From: the human T2T-CHM13v2.0 reference genome, Homo sapiens
NCBI RefSeq assembly: GCF_009914755.1
Contig: NC_060940.1
Length of the DNA: 64,000 bases
Direction: 5' to 3' (one strand)
A model generated the notes under the pieces. It saw only the letters and a list, made by a program, of their open reading frames with translations. It was not told where the DNA came from and ran no database searches. The position numbers were made by a program, and so were the translations under genes. Each line of letters opens with the position of its first letter. Within the stretch, counting starts at the first letter, position 1. Shown here in pieces: positions 17,972-34,128 of the stretch.

Positions 17972-18251
17972 GTAAGGAGAGAGAGGTGCTGCCAGGCACG
18001 AGGTGGGGCAGCTGCCTGAGCACCTCTGTCCCAGGAGGCAGGGAGTCCGGTGTTACCCACGACCCCTGTGGCCTTGCCCTGCTCCACTCAGGGCCTCAGT
18101 TTCCCCATCCACACAAGAGAACGGGGGGTTAGAGGATAGATTCCAGACTCCCTGAGGCATGGTAGTGGGAGATCTTTGGGGCATGGTGGTGACGGGGGAC
18201 AGGGGCAGGCCCTTACAGCCTGTCCCCATGCCCCTCCTCTCTCCTGCTCAG

Positions 18252-18341
18252 ATCCGGGATCTCCCAGGACACTACTTTGAAACGCTCAAATTCCTTGTGG
18301 GCCATCTCAAGACCATCACTGACCACTCTGAGAAAAACAAG
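18252..18341 (+). pseudogene. ARHGAP23: ARHGAP23-like RhoGAP exon (90 nt)
   Basis: ctcag|ATC...AAG|gtgggt; [30 protein letters not shown]. Confidence 0.95.
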
Positions 18342-18606
18342 GTGGGTAGGAGTCCCGCATGGAGTCTGGGGGAGGCAAGCACGGACTTACTGTGTGGGGG
18401 CCCTCAGCATGCACTGAGCTCCTGCAGGTCCAATAACTCAGGCCCCTCTAGGCACGCCCTCCTATATGACTGCTCCGTCCGCATCCCGCTCCTACATGCT
18501 GGTCAGTGCTTTCCCCCAGAGAGCCATCTCCTGAGTTTCTGAGGGCTTTCCAGAGGCAGGGAACCCCGGCTCCCCGTATCCGATGCATTGCCATCCTCCA
18601 ACTTAG

Positions 18607-19106
<500 letters not shown>

Positions 19107-19192
19107 TAGTTGGGGACAGAGGCCTTAGGGGCCAGAGTGAGGGAGGACTGAGTTCAGGATGTTGACAGTGACCTGCTTTCCCTGCTGCCCAG

Positions 19193-19318
19193 ATGGAACC
19201 CCGGAACCTGGCCCTGGTCTTTGGGCGGACACTGGTGAGGACGTCTGAGGACAACATGACAGACATGGTGACCCACATGCCTGACCGCTACAAGATCGTG
19301 GAGACACTGATCCAGCAC
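19193..19318 (+). pseudogene. ARHGAP23: ARHGAP23-like RhoGAP exon (126 nt)
   Basis: cccag|ATG...CAC|gtaagc; [42 protein letters not shown]. Confidence 0.95.
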
Positions 19319-20951
19319 GTAAGCCCCTGTTCCGGGGGTCACCCGGCAGCCCCTGGGGCCCAGGCCATGTTCCTCTGAGCCCCTCACTCTTGCTCAGCCT
19401 GGCGGGGTGTGCCCCAGGAAGGGCTCGGCAGCTTTAGAGCATGCTGCTAGGGTGGTATATACTCCTCCAAAGCCATGGGCTGCATTTCAAGGCAAGGCAG
19501 GAATGGATCCTGGAATCCTTGCTGCCCTGGGATGTTGTGTCCCCAGCAGGAGAGTCAAGAGGCCCCCGAGCGTCCAAGATGCCTGGGAAAGGCAGAAGAG
19601 GAGGAAGGGCAGGGAAGGTGCTACAGGTGGAGGGCGGAAGGGGCAGCTTCAGAAGGTGGCCCCTGGAGAGGTGTCCTGGCAGACACGAGCAGACGGGGGC
19701 CAAGGTCTGGCCTGACATCAGGAGGCCCCGGCTCTAGTGACTTTCCCTGCTGGCCCCACTGAGGTTTTGGGGAGGTAGTGGTGATGTCCATGGTAACAAG
19801 GGGTGGATTGGGCAAGGCACAGGGCCTTGGCCTGAGGCAGGATCCTGCACCAGTGCTTGGCATGTACTGGGCTGGCCACCTCCCTTCTCATGGCTTCCTG
19901 GATGCCAACAGCCCTGGTCCTGTAGGTTCTTGTTACTGTGCATGGGCGGAGGAGAACCCAGAGTGGCCAGCAGAGGGCTCAGGAGGCCTTGGTCTTCCAG
20001 AGCCGGACCCTAAGGCAGCACTGCCGCCTTCTGGGGCACACACAGATGTCATTATGAATCATAGATTTTCCATTTCCAATTCTTGTTACAGCCCACAGAG
20101 GATGAGAACAGAGCCCCTCCTGCCAGGGGAAATAAGACTGGCAGCTGGTCAGAGGAAGGGAAGCCTCAGTCCCAAGCCCCCTAGACACTTTAGGGAAGGA
20201 AAGCTGGGCCCTATCACCCCCATTTTACAGAGGAGGAAACAGGCTCAGAGAGGCAAAGCAACTTGCTCATGGTCACACAGCTAATAAGTGGCAGCCCAAG
20301 ATTTCAAGCCAGATCTGACTGACCAAAGCCTGTGTTTTCCTCCTGCTATCAACCCAAAGGCCAGACTCCTAGGTCCCTCCTTGAGCTGGCTTGGGACGGA
20401 GGGAGGGGGCCAGGGTAAGGACGCAAGGTGGTGGGCAGCTGAGCCATGTTAACAGCCTTGCTTGCCCATCTCCTCCTTCACTGCATGCTCAGGGCTCTGA
20501 GCCACAGGAGGGAGCATCACAGCCTGCTGCATCCGGACACTGGGAACACCACTCCAGAGCTGTCTGGGAGGCCAGGGCTGCCCTACAGCGTCGGGGATCC
20601 TGGTGAGGCCTTGGGAAAGCTTAGCTCTCCAGGGCACCAGGGAGCCCCGGAACCTCCCAGGAGGGTGTGTTTTGGGGGCAGCAGCAGGGAAGAGTGGGTG
20701 TCTGGCCCTGTGCTCCTGGAGAAGCCCCTGGAAGCCCAAGGTCTGAGGTCAGCTGAGGTGTCAGGAACTGCAGCCTTCAGGGAGGAAGGAGGCCAAAGCC
20801 CCAAGGGGGAGTCCCTGCTCTGGGCAGGGTGGAGAAGGTGGAGTTTGTCTCATTTAGCACTGACACTAGCGCCTGGCACACAGTGGATACTCAGTGTTTG
20901 TGGAGTATAAATGAATGAGTAAATTGCTAATTGAGGTTATATCAGGCTGGG

Positions 20952-21294
20952 CTTTTCTTTCTCTTTCTTTCTCTCTCTTTCTTTTCGCTTTCTGTTTTTT
21001 TTTTTTTTTTTTTTTTTTGTTTTTTTTTGATAGAGTCAGTCTGTCGCCCACACTGGAGTGCAGTGGGCAAATATGGCCCACTTCCAGGCTCAGGCGATCC
21101 TGCCATCTCAGCCTCCTGAGTAGCTGGGACTAGAGATGCCACCACCACACCAACTGGCTAATTTTTGTATTCTTTTGTAGAGATGAGGTCTTACTATGTT
21201 GCCAGGGCTAGTCTTGAACTCCTGGACTCAAGCGATCCTCCATCTCGGCCTTCCAAAGTGCTGGGATTACAGGTGTGAGCCATCACGCCCGGCC
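20952..21294 (-). mobile_element. AluJ-like
   Basis: TSD AGGCTGGGCTTTTCT. Confidence 0.9.
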
Positions 21295-21759
21295 AGGCTG
21301 GGCTTTTCTACTCAGAGATTCATTCCCGAGAGCTAACTGAGCTAGTGTCCTTCCCTTCTCTGCCTCCTTGGCATTTGAACGTAACCAGCCCTGGATGATT
21401 GTCAAGGGAATGAGCCACCCACTCTGCAAGCCCTGAAAGCCTGCCCACCCAAGCGTGCCAGCTCTGTCTAGCCCAGAGGCTCCATAGCCAGGGCAGTGCT
21501 GCTGTCACTTGGGGCACCCAGACCAGTCTTCAGGTCGGAAAGAGGGTGGCAACTGAGGGGTAAAGAGGAACAGCGACTTGCCCAGGGCCACGCAGCAAGA
21601 TAATGGCAGAGCAGAGAGGAGAGCAAACCTGGATGTCTGATCTTGCAGCGGGCAAGTTGCCAGGAGCCTCTACCTATGTTTACGAAGTCAAGTGGAACCC
21701 AAACAAAGATCACCCAGGGCATTTGCTCAGGGACTCACTCAGCAAAGGCAGTGACACCT

Positions 21760-21945
21760 AATGTTTCTCAGCTTCAGCACTAGTGACCACTGAGGTCCAG
21801 ATAAGTCTTTATTGTGGGAGGCTGTTCTGTGTGTTATAGGACATTTAGCAGCATCGCTGGCTTCTACCTGCTGGATGCTGGGAATATCACTCTAGTTGTC
21901 AATCAAAAATGTCTCCAGACATTGCCAAGTGCCCCCTGGGGTGGG
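21760..21945 (-). mobile_element. MER20 fragment
   Basis: gtttctcagcttcagcact...aaaatgtctccagacattgccaagtgccccctgggg. Confidence 0.75.
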
Positions 21946-23008
21946 GGATTGACGGCAGTGGCTCTAGGGCCAGCCTGCTCCTATGTGCTGTGTGGCCTTG
22001 GACAAGTTCCTTACCTGCTGTGCCTCAGTCTCCACACCTGTAAAGTAGAGATGACAATACTGTTTACCTCACATTGTTGTGAATGTCTGCTAAAGCACTC
22101 ACGGTGGTGCCTGGCAGGTCCTAAGTGTTGTGTGAGAACTGACTGTCATCCTCTTCCTCATGGTCATTATTCCATGCCAGAGACAGATCCCCATGCTGGG
22201 AACATGGAGGTGAATGGGAGCCTGCTCAGAAGGAATATTGCCAGCGGGTGTGGTGGTGCGTGTCTGTGGTCTCAACTACTTGGGGGGCTGAGGTGGGAGG
22301 CTGCAGTGAGCCGAGATTGTGACACTGCACTCCAGCCTGGGTGACAGAGTGAGACCCTGCCACACACACACAAAAAAATCCATAAAATGATGTTTCTCAT
22401 TCATTTATTCATTTAATAATGTTTATCAGAGTAAGAGCTGCATCTCTTTTTGCTCTGGGCTATGTCCAAGGAAGCCCCACAGAAGGACCCACCCTGGCCC
22501 TGGGTGCAGGGCTGGGGTCGTAGTCATGGAGTTCTTGAACTGCCTTAGAGGACCATGATGAGAACTTAGCCAGGCAGAGCAGGGAGAAAGGGCATCCCAG
22601 GCGGAAAGAACAGCATGTGCAGAAACAGGGTGGCAGGAACTAGTGTGGATTCCTCTTGAGAGCCGTGGCCACCCAGGCACTTCCTGTAGACGCTGTGGCT
22701 TGCAGAGTACTTCTGGGCACCTTCCAACCTGAGTTAACAGCTGGCTTCTTTGGGCCGATCCTCAGGCTCCCCCTGGTCAGCCTGTCTCTGGAAGCCGCAC
22801 TTTTGAATAACGGTAGCTGACATCTATTATACATTAAAAACGTGCTGCACTCAACGTTTTCCATACAGTATTTCATCTCAATCCTCCTCAGGCCTAGAAG
22901 GGGGTACTCACATCATGCCCATTTTAGAGATAAGTAAATAGACTTACAGAGGGAAAGTAACTTAGCTAAGGTGAACTCGAACCAAGATAACTGACTCCAG
23001 AGCTTCCA

Positions 23009-23316
23009 TTTTTCTTTTTCTTTTCTTTTTTTTTTTTTGAGACAGAGTCTCACTCTGTCGCCCAGGCTGGAGTGCAATGGCGCGGTCTCCACTCACTGCA
23101 GCCTCCGGCTCCTGGGCTCAAGTGATCCACCTCAGCACCCCCAAGTAGCTGGGATTATGGGCGCATGCCACCATGCCGGGCTAATTTTTGTATTTTTAGT
23201 AGAGCTGGGGTTTCACCCTGTTGACCAGGCTGGTATTGAACTCCTGACCTCAGCTGATGCACCTGCCTCAGCCTCCCAAAGTGCTGGGACTACAGGTGTG
23301 AGCCACTGTACCCGGC
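23009..23316 (-). mobile_element. Alu
   Basis: TSD AGAGCTTCCATTTTT / AGAGCTTGCATTTTT. Confidence 0.92.
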
Positions 23317-23679
23317 CAGAGCTTGCATTTTTCTTATCTTCCTTTGCTCTCTTCTCTTCTGTCTCTTTCTTGTTTCCCTTCTGGCCTTCCTGTGCTGTTT
23401 GATTTAATCACATGTCAGATCATGAGCAATAATAACTGAGGCTCATGGCGCATGCTCGGCAAGTCCCCTTGTTTCCCCTCTTTATTCCCCTAGGTGCCCA
23501 CTCTTAGTAGGCTAATATGTGTCCTTCCAGGACACCTTCCACTTATTGTAAATGCATGGCTATCCTTAAATGTATATAATATTCTTTGTGTGTTTTAAGT
23601 CTACATAATGAGATTATAAATTGCCTGTTCCTGTTCTTTCATAGGTGTTGAGGGGGGTAAAGGGTAATTGCCTTAATTT

Positions 23680-24275
<596 letters not shown>

Positions 24276-24398
24276 CCAAAAGTGCCTTAGTTATTTCTTG
24301 GAGCTTGCCGAAGTCCATCTCTTTACTTGCTCAAGTATTCAATTAAGAGAGTCTTTGTGTAAAAAATTTTCTGCTGTCTCAGGATAGCTTTATTTCAA

Positions 24399-24761
<363 letters not shown>

Positions 24762-25568
24762 TCATTTTTTTAAATGAGAGTTTAGCAGGGTATAAAATTC
24801 TAGGTTCCTTCAACACATCAAAACTTACTTTCTTGTCTTGTCTTCTTGTGTCTTGCTGCTGAAGGTTCCAAGTACCTGTGATACGTGTTCATTTATAAGC
24901 AATCTGGATTTTTTTTTTCAGAAAACTTAGAATTTTATCTTCAAGATTCTCAAATTTTACAAAATATATTAAACTGTGGGGGGTCTTTATTTTGTCTCTT
25001 GTTTGGCCTTTATGAGAAAGCTCTCGCCTCCTGCCCCTCAGGAAACCTCCAACACCTTTCTCCTGTCATTTTCCTTTTCTTGGCTGAGTATGTGACATCC
25101 CTGTTGTCAGTGTGGCACCCATGGGTGGCAGGTGGCCTGGGGCATGCTCGGCTGTCACAGCCATGGACCTGGCCAACACTAACGGCACTGGTGCCTCCCT
25201 GCCCCTGGCTCGCTGTGGGGAGTATACCATAGGGGTGTGCCCAGGACAGTGTTTAGAGAAAAGCAAGTAAAAGCGAAGCTCTCCCTAAGCCTATCTCCTG
25301 TCTGAGGTGGCCGCTCCCACTCACTGCCGTGTCTCCTCCCACACTGGGGTCCCACCTTTTCTCTCCCCCAGGGTTTTTCATAGTCTGTGGAGTCAGGTTT
25401 TAGCGTCCGTCAAGCTCCCTCTGAGCCCTCTTTTGCAGCCCCGCCAGCCAGGGGTTTGTTGAGAGAGAGGCGCCCCTTGCCGCCTGAGTGGGTCCTCTGG
25501 AATGAGCAGGTGGAAGAGACTCTTCTTTCCCATGCTGATTTCATCCCTTCCTTTTGTCTTCTCTGCAG

Positions 25569-25612
25569 TCAGACTGGTTCTTCAGTGATGAAGAGGACAA
25601 GGGAGAGAGAGA
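25569..25612 (+). pseudogene. ARHGAP23: ARHGAP23-like exon carrying a +2 frameshift (44 nt)
   Basis: ctgcag|TCA GAC TGG TTC...GGA GAG AGA GA|gtaagt = SDWFFSDEEDKGER plus 2 extra nt, while the next exon is homologous in phase 0. Confidence 0.9.
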
Positions 25613-26199
25613 GTAAGTGATGCCGCGGAGTGGGCTGGCATGGGGGCTGGTCTGGGGTGAGCCCCAGTCCTTGGGGGTGGGGCAGGCAGCGAGACTTAAG
25701 CTGGGGAAGGTGTCTGTCCTTGAGGCTTCCCTCAAGTCTGATGGAGGAAACACAGACCCTCTCCTCAGGAGCCCCTAGTCTGATAGAGAAGCACAAAGCT
25801 TGCCTTCAGGAATCCCCAGTCTAAATGGGGGAGATACAGGCCTTGCTCAGAGGGAACCCAATTCAGGAGTAAAGGCAGCTGCTGCCCTCCAGGCTACTGA
25901 GAAGGACTTAGGTTGGACGAGTTCCAGTCTAGTGCGGGAGACACAGCTCCTGCCCCTAGCTGAAGGGGCCGCTCTGGCCTTCGTGGTTCTGAGATGTTGA
26001 GGAAGGCACAAAGCTGTCTAACAGGGGACATGTAGGAATCATCCTCAAGAGCACCCGGCTGATGAGGGAGACGGTCCCTGCCCCAGTGAGCCCGGTCTGA
26101 TGGAGGAGACACGGGCTCTGTCATCAGGGCACCCCCCTCTGGGGGGTCGGCAGCCCAGCATCCAAGGGCATGCCAGCTGACCCCTCCTCCTGTTCGCAG

Positions 26200-26296
26200 A
26201 CCCCTGTGGGCAACAAGGAGCCTCAGGCAGTGCCCAACATTGAGTACCTCCTGCCCAACATTGGCAGGACAGTGCCCCTTGGTGACCCGGGGTCAG
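26200..26296 (+). pseudogene. ARHGAP23: ARHGAP23-like exon (97 nt)
   Basis: cgcag|ACC...TCAG|gtgagc; [32 protein letters not shown]. Confidence 0.93.
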
Positions 26297-26717
26297 GTGA
26301 GCACAGGGGCCTGGGAGTGGGGAGGCAGGAGGGTGGACACTGCATTCCTGAGGGTCCCAGATGCCTGGCCAGATGCCCAGCTTCCCTGTGCCACCCCAGC
26401 GGGGCCCTCCCCTGCCAGCCACCATGGAGATGGGGCTGTTGGGGGCCTTCTCCCTCCCTGGGGAAGTCCAGCTTGCCCCGTGCCCACCTCCTGTCCATGC
26501 AGCTGCCCCGCCCCAGGCAGGGTCGGAGCTTTGTTCCCCCTCTTTCACTGGTTTCTTTCCTCAGCCTTTAATTTCTCATGGGCTGGCTGTGTCCCTCTGG
26601 GCATGTTCCTCTTTTTAATTTTTCTTCCTTTTCTCCTTGCACCCCCACCTCTCCCTCCTCCTCTCCCCGTGCTCTCCTCCCACCCCTTTCTCTTCTCCTC
26701 CTCCTCCCCTCCTCCAG

Positions 26718-26740
26718 CGGACCTGTTGGAGATTTAAAGG
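26718..26740 (+). pseudogene. ARHGAP23: Alternative 23-nt stop-containing microexon (ADLLEI*)
   Basis: ~110-nt pyrimidine tract, cctccag|CG GAC CTG TTG GAG ATT TAA AGG|gtacag; in the ancestral frame gives ...GDPGSADLLEI-stop. Confidence 0.65.
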
Positions 26741-28380
26741 GTACAGTGCAGTGTCGTGGCCTCGGTCACTAACAGTGGCGGGTGATTATAAGAAGGCTGG
26801 GTGGGCACAGAGGCAGGCAGAATGTCCCGGACTGTGAGGACCCCACACTGACATGCCAGTTACCCCTGCTTGTTATCCACTTACCCCAGCAGTCCATGCC
26901 CCTCCCATCCTAGAGCCCCTTCTCAGGAGGAAGGAGGCACTCACTGGGCCCAGGGCCCTCCCCGTTGCCTGGACACCTGGGCATCGAATTGCTGCCCTTC
27001 TGCAGTGCCACAGACCTTGTGGCCTCTCTTTGCCGAGTCTCACCACTGCTAGTCATCCGGGCTGGGGACCGACACTCTCTGGAGACCAGCGATGCCACGC
27101 CCAGAAGCTTCTTTTTATCTCTGACTCCTGCCTCAGTCACCCCAATGGGCCGCCTCCTCCTGCTTAAGAAACCGGGGCCCTAAGTCCTGTTTGCAGGGCC
27201 TGTGGCCCTCTCATGGCAGAGGACAGATGATTTACATGCTCAGAGACAGATGAGGGCCACTCCCTTTGTGGCTGCAGCCACTGACTCCTCCCCCCGCCAT
27301 TGTTGTCCCTCCCTTTAGTTTTAGCATTTCTGTTTGTCTCTGACAGAGGCACACAGGAGCTCCCTAGTCACCAGAGGCAGGCTCAGGAGGGGCCAGAAGA
27401 CATGGGGGTGGGGCGGCAGAGAGGGACCCCATGTCTCTTCTAATCACCTGCCGCCCCCCGCGCCCTGTGTGTCATGTGTGGTTGCCCATCTTGCTTTTCT
27501 CACCTTGTGCAGGGGGAGGGGTCCGGAGAGGGGGGCATCTAACTTGCCTACCAGAGAGTGTGGATTAACCACACCTGCCCACTACCCTGTGGGACCCCAG
27601 GAAGCCCTTGGACCAACCTGCTCCCTCTCTAGCCTTGGAGAGGACCCACCAGGACGTGTTTCTGGTTCCTTCTCCACCCCAGTGATATTAAGGGAGTGGG
27701 ACCCAAGTCCCATAGAAATCATGCTTTTAGTCTCCTTCATAACTGGGTGATAACTGGGGACCCTGCCCATGAGGCAGGGTGACCCCAGGTCTGGAGGTGG
27801 AACCTATCAAGGCTCTAATCACCAGCCCACTCCACCTCCTGAGTCCCACCCATTTTATTTCTGCCCTTTTATCCATTATTCATGTGGTCCCTCTTCTTTG
27901 TTGTGTGCTCGGGGGTGGATGTAGGGCACCCACCTCTCTGTGCACTGTGTGGTCTCCATTTCTCCAGAGCATCTGTGATTTGCTGTGTTTCACTGTGGTG
28001 GTTTCCATGGACTGCACCTGATATTTGGCATTTTCTCTCCAGTGCTTCAGAGTAACAGGGACGGGCGGGGAAGGGGAGAGGAACTAGGCTCAAAGACAAT
28101 GCCCCCTTGCCCTTAGCCATCGGTAAATGAGGGGCCAGTGGATGGCAGCCTGATGTCACTTCCTGCCTCTAGAGGAAGTGGCAATTAACATCATTTTCGC
28201 TCCATCCCTTTCCCATAGATGGACATCAGAGGTCCATCATACTCCTAGGGCCTGGGGAGATCTCATGTTTCAGAATTCCCTGGTTTCTGAAGCCTTTGAG
28301 GAGAGGAATTGTGTGCATAAGACTCAACTTTCTTTTTCCCTGATGCAACTTTCATTTTTTTTTCTGTCTTTCACCAACAG

Positions 28381-28412
28381 ATTCTACCACCTGTAGTTCA
28401 GTCAAGTCCAAG
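28381..28412 (+). pseudogene. ARHGAP23: ARHGAP23-like penultimate exon (32 nt), last exon detectable here
   Basis: caacag|AT TCT ACC ACC TGT AGT TCA GTC AAG TCC AAG|gtacgt = DSTTCSSVKSK. Confidence 0.9.
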
Positions 28413-28659
28413 GTACGTATGAAGGCAATTCTGAAGGCTTGATCCCTGTACAAGCCAGCCCACTGTGGTTTTTGTTCAAGGGAATTGAGGGAATGGCAAT
28501 TGGACCGTGGGGAAAGTTGATGGTCCCTGGGAGGGAAGGCAGGAGGTACCGAGTGCCCAAGGTAAGCTGAGAAGTTGCTTACCTTGGCAGTGTTTGGTGA
28601 GGCATCTGCTGTAGTAGGAGGACCTGGCCTGGGAGTTATGTGGCTAGGAGGCAATGTCA

Positions 28660-28810
28660 CTCAGTAGTTAGAAGCACAGACTCTGGAGTCAGACAGTCCT
28701 GGGTTTGAGTTCTGGCTCCACCATTTAGTAGTTTGGGACATTGGGCAAGTTACTTAACCACTTTCTGATCCTTAGCTTCCTCATCTATAAAATGGGAATA
28801 TCAGTAAATC
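28660..28810 (+). mobile_element. MIR
   Basis: ctctggagtcagac...ttgggcaagttacttaacc...cttcctcatctataaaatggg. Confidence 0.75.
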
Positions 28811-28976
28811 TGTGGGGTGCTATAATAAATAAAACAGATATCCTTTAAGGTCTTTGGAGAGCCTAAAGCAAGCAGAAGGAAAGAGAGGAGCAGAAATCCA
28901 TGAAATTGAAAACAGTTGAAGAAAAGCAATGAAACCAAAAGCTGGTTCTTTGAAAAAAAATCAATGAAATTGATAA

Positions 28977-29379
<403 letters not shown>

Positions 29380-29805
29380 ATAGACCCCTAAGTTATTGAA
29401 TTTATGGGCATAAAGTTGCCCATAAATTCAATAACTTAGATGAAATAGACCAATTCTTTGAAAGATTCAGACTGCCAAAACTCACTTAAGAAAAAATAGA
29501 TAACCTGAATAGTCCTATACCTCCTAAAGAAATTGAATATGTAATTTAAAACCCCCCAACAATGAAAACTTCAGGACCAGATGGTTTCACTGTTAAATTC
29601 TACCAAATATTTAAGGAATTTTTTAAATTTTTAAACAATTTACTTTAATAATTTTAAAATATTCTAAATAGAAAATAGTATAATTTTAAATATTGATATA
29701 TTTAAATAGTTTTTTAAATATTTGAATTATTTAAATGTTATTTAAATAGTTATTTAAGAAATAATACCAATTCTCCACTATCTCTTTTGGAAGATAAAAG
29801 AGGAT

Positions 29806-30129
<324 letters not shown>

Positions 30130-30530
30130 TCATTTATGAGGCCAGCATTACCCTGATACCAAAACCTAACAATGCTTTTGAAAAAGATAGGGCTAATTCA
30201 TATGATAATACCACAAATACTTGTTGAATGTCTACTTTATATCAGTACTGTTCTGGGTACTGAAAATATAAATAATGAGCCAAACAGATAGGTTCCTGCC
30301 CTCACAAAGCTTATCTTCTACTGAGAGACAGACACTAAGCTAATGAAGAAATAGACTATCTGTCTAGCAGGTTTGGAGGCACAGTGGAGGCAGAAACCAG
30401 ATGGAATGAGCTAATAAAGTGAGGGAGGGAAGAGCGCATACATAGAGCACTCTTGTGAGAAGTCCGATTGTGAAGAGATATTTACAGAACAAAAATGGGA
30501 AAATATGTGGCTTGAGGGAAACTTTCATTA

Positions 30531-30850
<320 letters not shown>

Positions 30851-32725
30851 GACGAAAGCACATATTTACTTGCCAATGGGAATGATCCAGGTGAGAGACA
30901 GAGAGAGAGGAAGAGCTGGGCCCAGAGCCCATGAAGCAGCAGTAGCCTGTGCTCCTAGCAGATGCATCCCCAGGTGTAGTAGGAAGAGAGGGAGGTGGCA
31001 GGGGCACACTAGCAGGCAGTGTTGGCAGCAGGTCATTGGGGTTGCTCCCAGCTGATGGCTGTTTCCTCAGCGAAGTGGAAGGTGAGGACCTCTGCTGGGC
31101 ATGAAGGTGGCAGGGAAAGTCTGAGCAGAGTGAAGGAAGTCTGAAATAGGTCCCATAAAGCAAGGCAGATTTCCTGAAGGGGCCGAGGAGCACCATGGGC
31201 AGGCTGAGGCCTCTGAAGGCTGCGGCCCCTTCTCGAGAGCCAGCACCTTGCCCAGCAGCCGTGCCTTGCCCCTTTGGGCCTGGCTTCTCCACACTCCCCG
31301 GAGAGCCCCTTCTGAGTCCCTTCTGGCCAGAAGATGTCCTCATTTGCTTCCTGTGACCCCACCGTGTCTCCAGTGGACTCAAAACTGACCTCCCCAGAGC
31401 TCACAGGCCACTGCCTCCCTGAAGCCTCCTGGCTTGAAATTCCTTCCTCCTGAGACCCTAGCAGTTACCGCTTCCCAGTCTGGGCCTGCCTGACTCCTGC
31501 AGGAGGCCTTCTCAATTATAGGGCCTTGAACAATAGAACGTGCTTTTCAGAGAGTACGTCTTTACTGTAAACTGACTCAGAGACTTCACTGTGACCCAGT
31601 GAGTTCATCACAATCACTAGCATGAGATGAAAGAGGAGGGAATGCACATTTACTGAGCACCTACTAGGTGCCAGCCAGTATGTAGATAACTTTTCACAAA
31701 CATCGGTTTCATTTCATTTTTACGGAAGACCTTGAATTTTGTACCATCCCCATTTTACAGATGGGGGAACCAAGGCTCAGAGAACTTAAGTAACTAGAAG
31801 GTTGGGCATATTCTTGGGCCTCAGGCAGGGGAGCTGGTTAGGTGGCCTCCTTCCTTGGTGGTGCTCTGGTATCTGAGTTCTGATCCTCTGTTCTCAGGCT
31901 CTGAGTGTTTCTTGATTTTTTGGCACACGGACTGGCTCTGTCCTGAGTCTGAGCTGAAACCAGCTGGCCAAGCCTTTAAGAAACGGAGGCATGGATGAGG
32001 CTGCCGGTCTATTAAGTACAGCGATAGGAATAACTGTTGCAGGGACAGGGACGTTGAGTTGTGTTTGCCGCAGTGGTCTCAGTCTCATCTACTGGGGAGA
32101 CCAGGAATCAGAGTCAGGGAAGCAGGAGGCACCAGGTGTCTGAGAGCCTGTGGCCTCCTGTCCCGGCTGTAGGGAAGGGGCTGCCTTGGGCACCAGGGCC
32201 TGGCCTCCCACCAGGCTGTGAGCGCTGAGGGTGGGCACAAATCCTGCAAGTGCCGGACACTCACGACTGCCAGCCTCTGTCTCTCTTGCCCGACTCTAAA
32301 ACCCAGGTCCGTGATGGTCAAACTGTGTTCCCTGGAGCCACCATGGGGTTGTGACCACCAACAGGTATATGAGAGGACCAAGCGTGCAGGCATCCAAGCT
32401 CCCACGGCCTCCATCTGAGCCACTCTTGGTTCTGTCTCACATTGCTGGGTTTCTAGGGAGGATTCAATTTGGACAGGGTGCTCCCAAGCTCATCAGAAAC
32501 CATTGTTCTAGATGTGACAGCCCTGTCTCTAGACTTTCTCCAGGCTGTGTCCAGGACACCCAGGCGGCGTCGGTGCCCCAAGTTACAGCCACATTCTGAT
32601 CCCGCCTCCCTGTGTGGATGGTTTAGGCTGTCCCGGGTAGGAGTGTGGGCAGGCACACACGGCGGTCTCTCAGCTCCACGGCAGGTGGAGTGGAGCTGTT
32701 CTTTACTCAGAAGGCTCCCTTATCA

Positions 32726-32727
<2 letters not shown>

Positions 32728-32759
<32 letters not shown>

Positions 32760-33038
32760 AGACTGGTCTCGCTCTGTCACCCAGGCTGGAGTGCAGTGGC
32801 CTGAACACAGCTCACTGCAGCCTCTAACTGCTGTGCTCAAGTGATCCTCCTGCTTCAGCCTCCTGAGTTAGCTGGACTACAGGCACACACCACCACTCCT
32901 GCCTAATGTTTTTGTATTTTTTTGTAGAAATGGGGTCTTGCTTCTTTGTGCAGGATGTTCTTGAATTCCTGGCTTCAATGGATCCTGCTGCCTCGGCCTC
33001 CCAAAGTGCTGAGATTACAGGCATGAGCCACGGCACCC
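32728..33038 (-). mobile_element. AluJ-like
   Basis: TSD CCTTATCATCTT. Confidence 0.9.
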
Positions 33039-33359
33039 CACTCTCCTTATCATCTTAATTCTAAGTTCTTGAGGAAGGAGACCACTTTTGTCTTCTCTGG
33101 TGGTCCCTCGCCTAATGCTTAGCTTTCTTTACGGCCTGCAATAATCCCCGAGCACCCCCACTGGTACAGGGAGAAGTCTAGCTCCTGACCAGGCTCTGAT
33201 TTCCCCGGCCCTGCCCTATTCAAGTTCCTCAAATTCCTTGACCCCAACCCTTGCCCCATAAGAAACCTCCCCATGACCCTGACCCTGACAGAGAACTGGC
33301 CGTGAAAATTTTTGCATTGACAACAGATATTGGAATGCAGGGATTCCCTATCTACTTCA

Positions 33360-34128
<769 letters not shown>

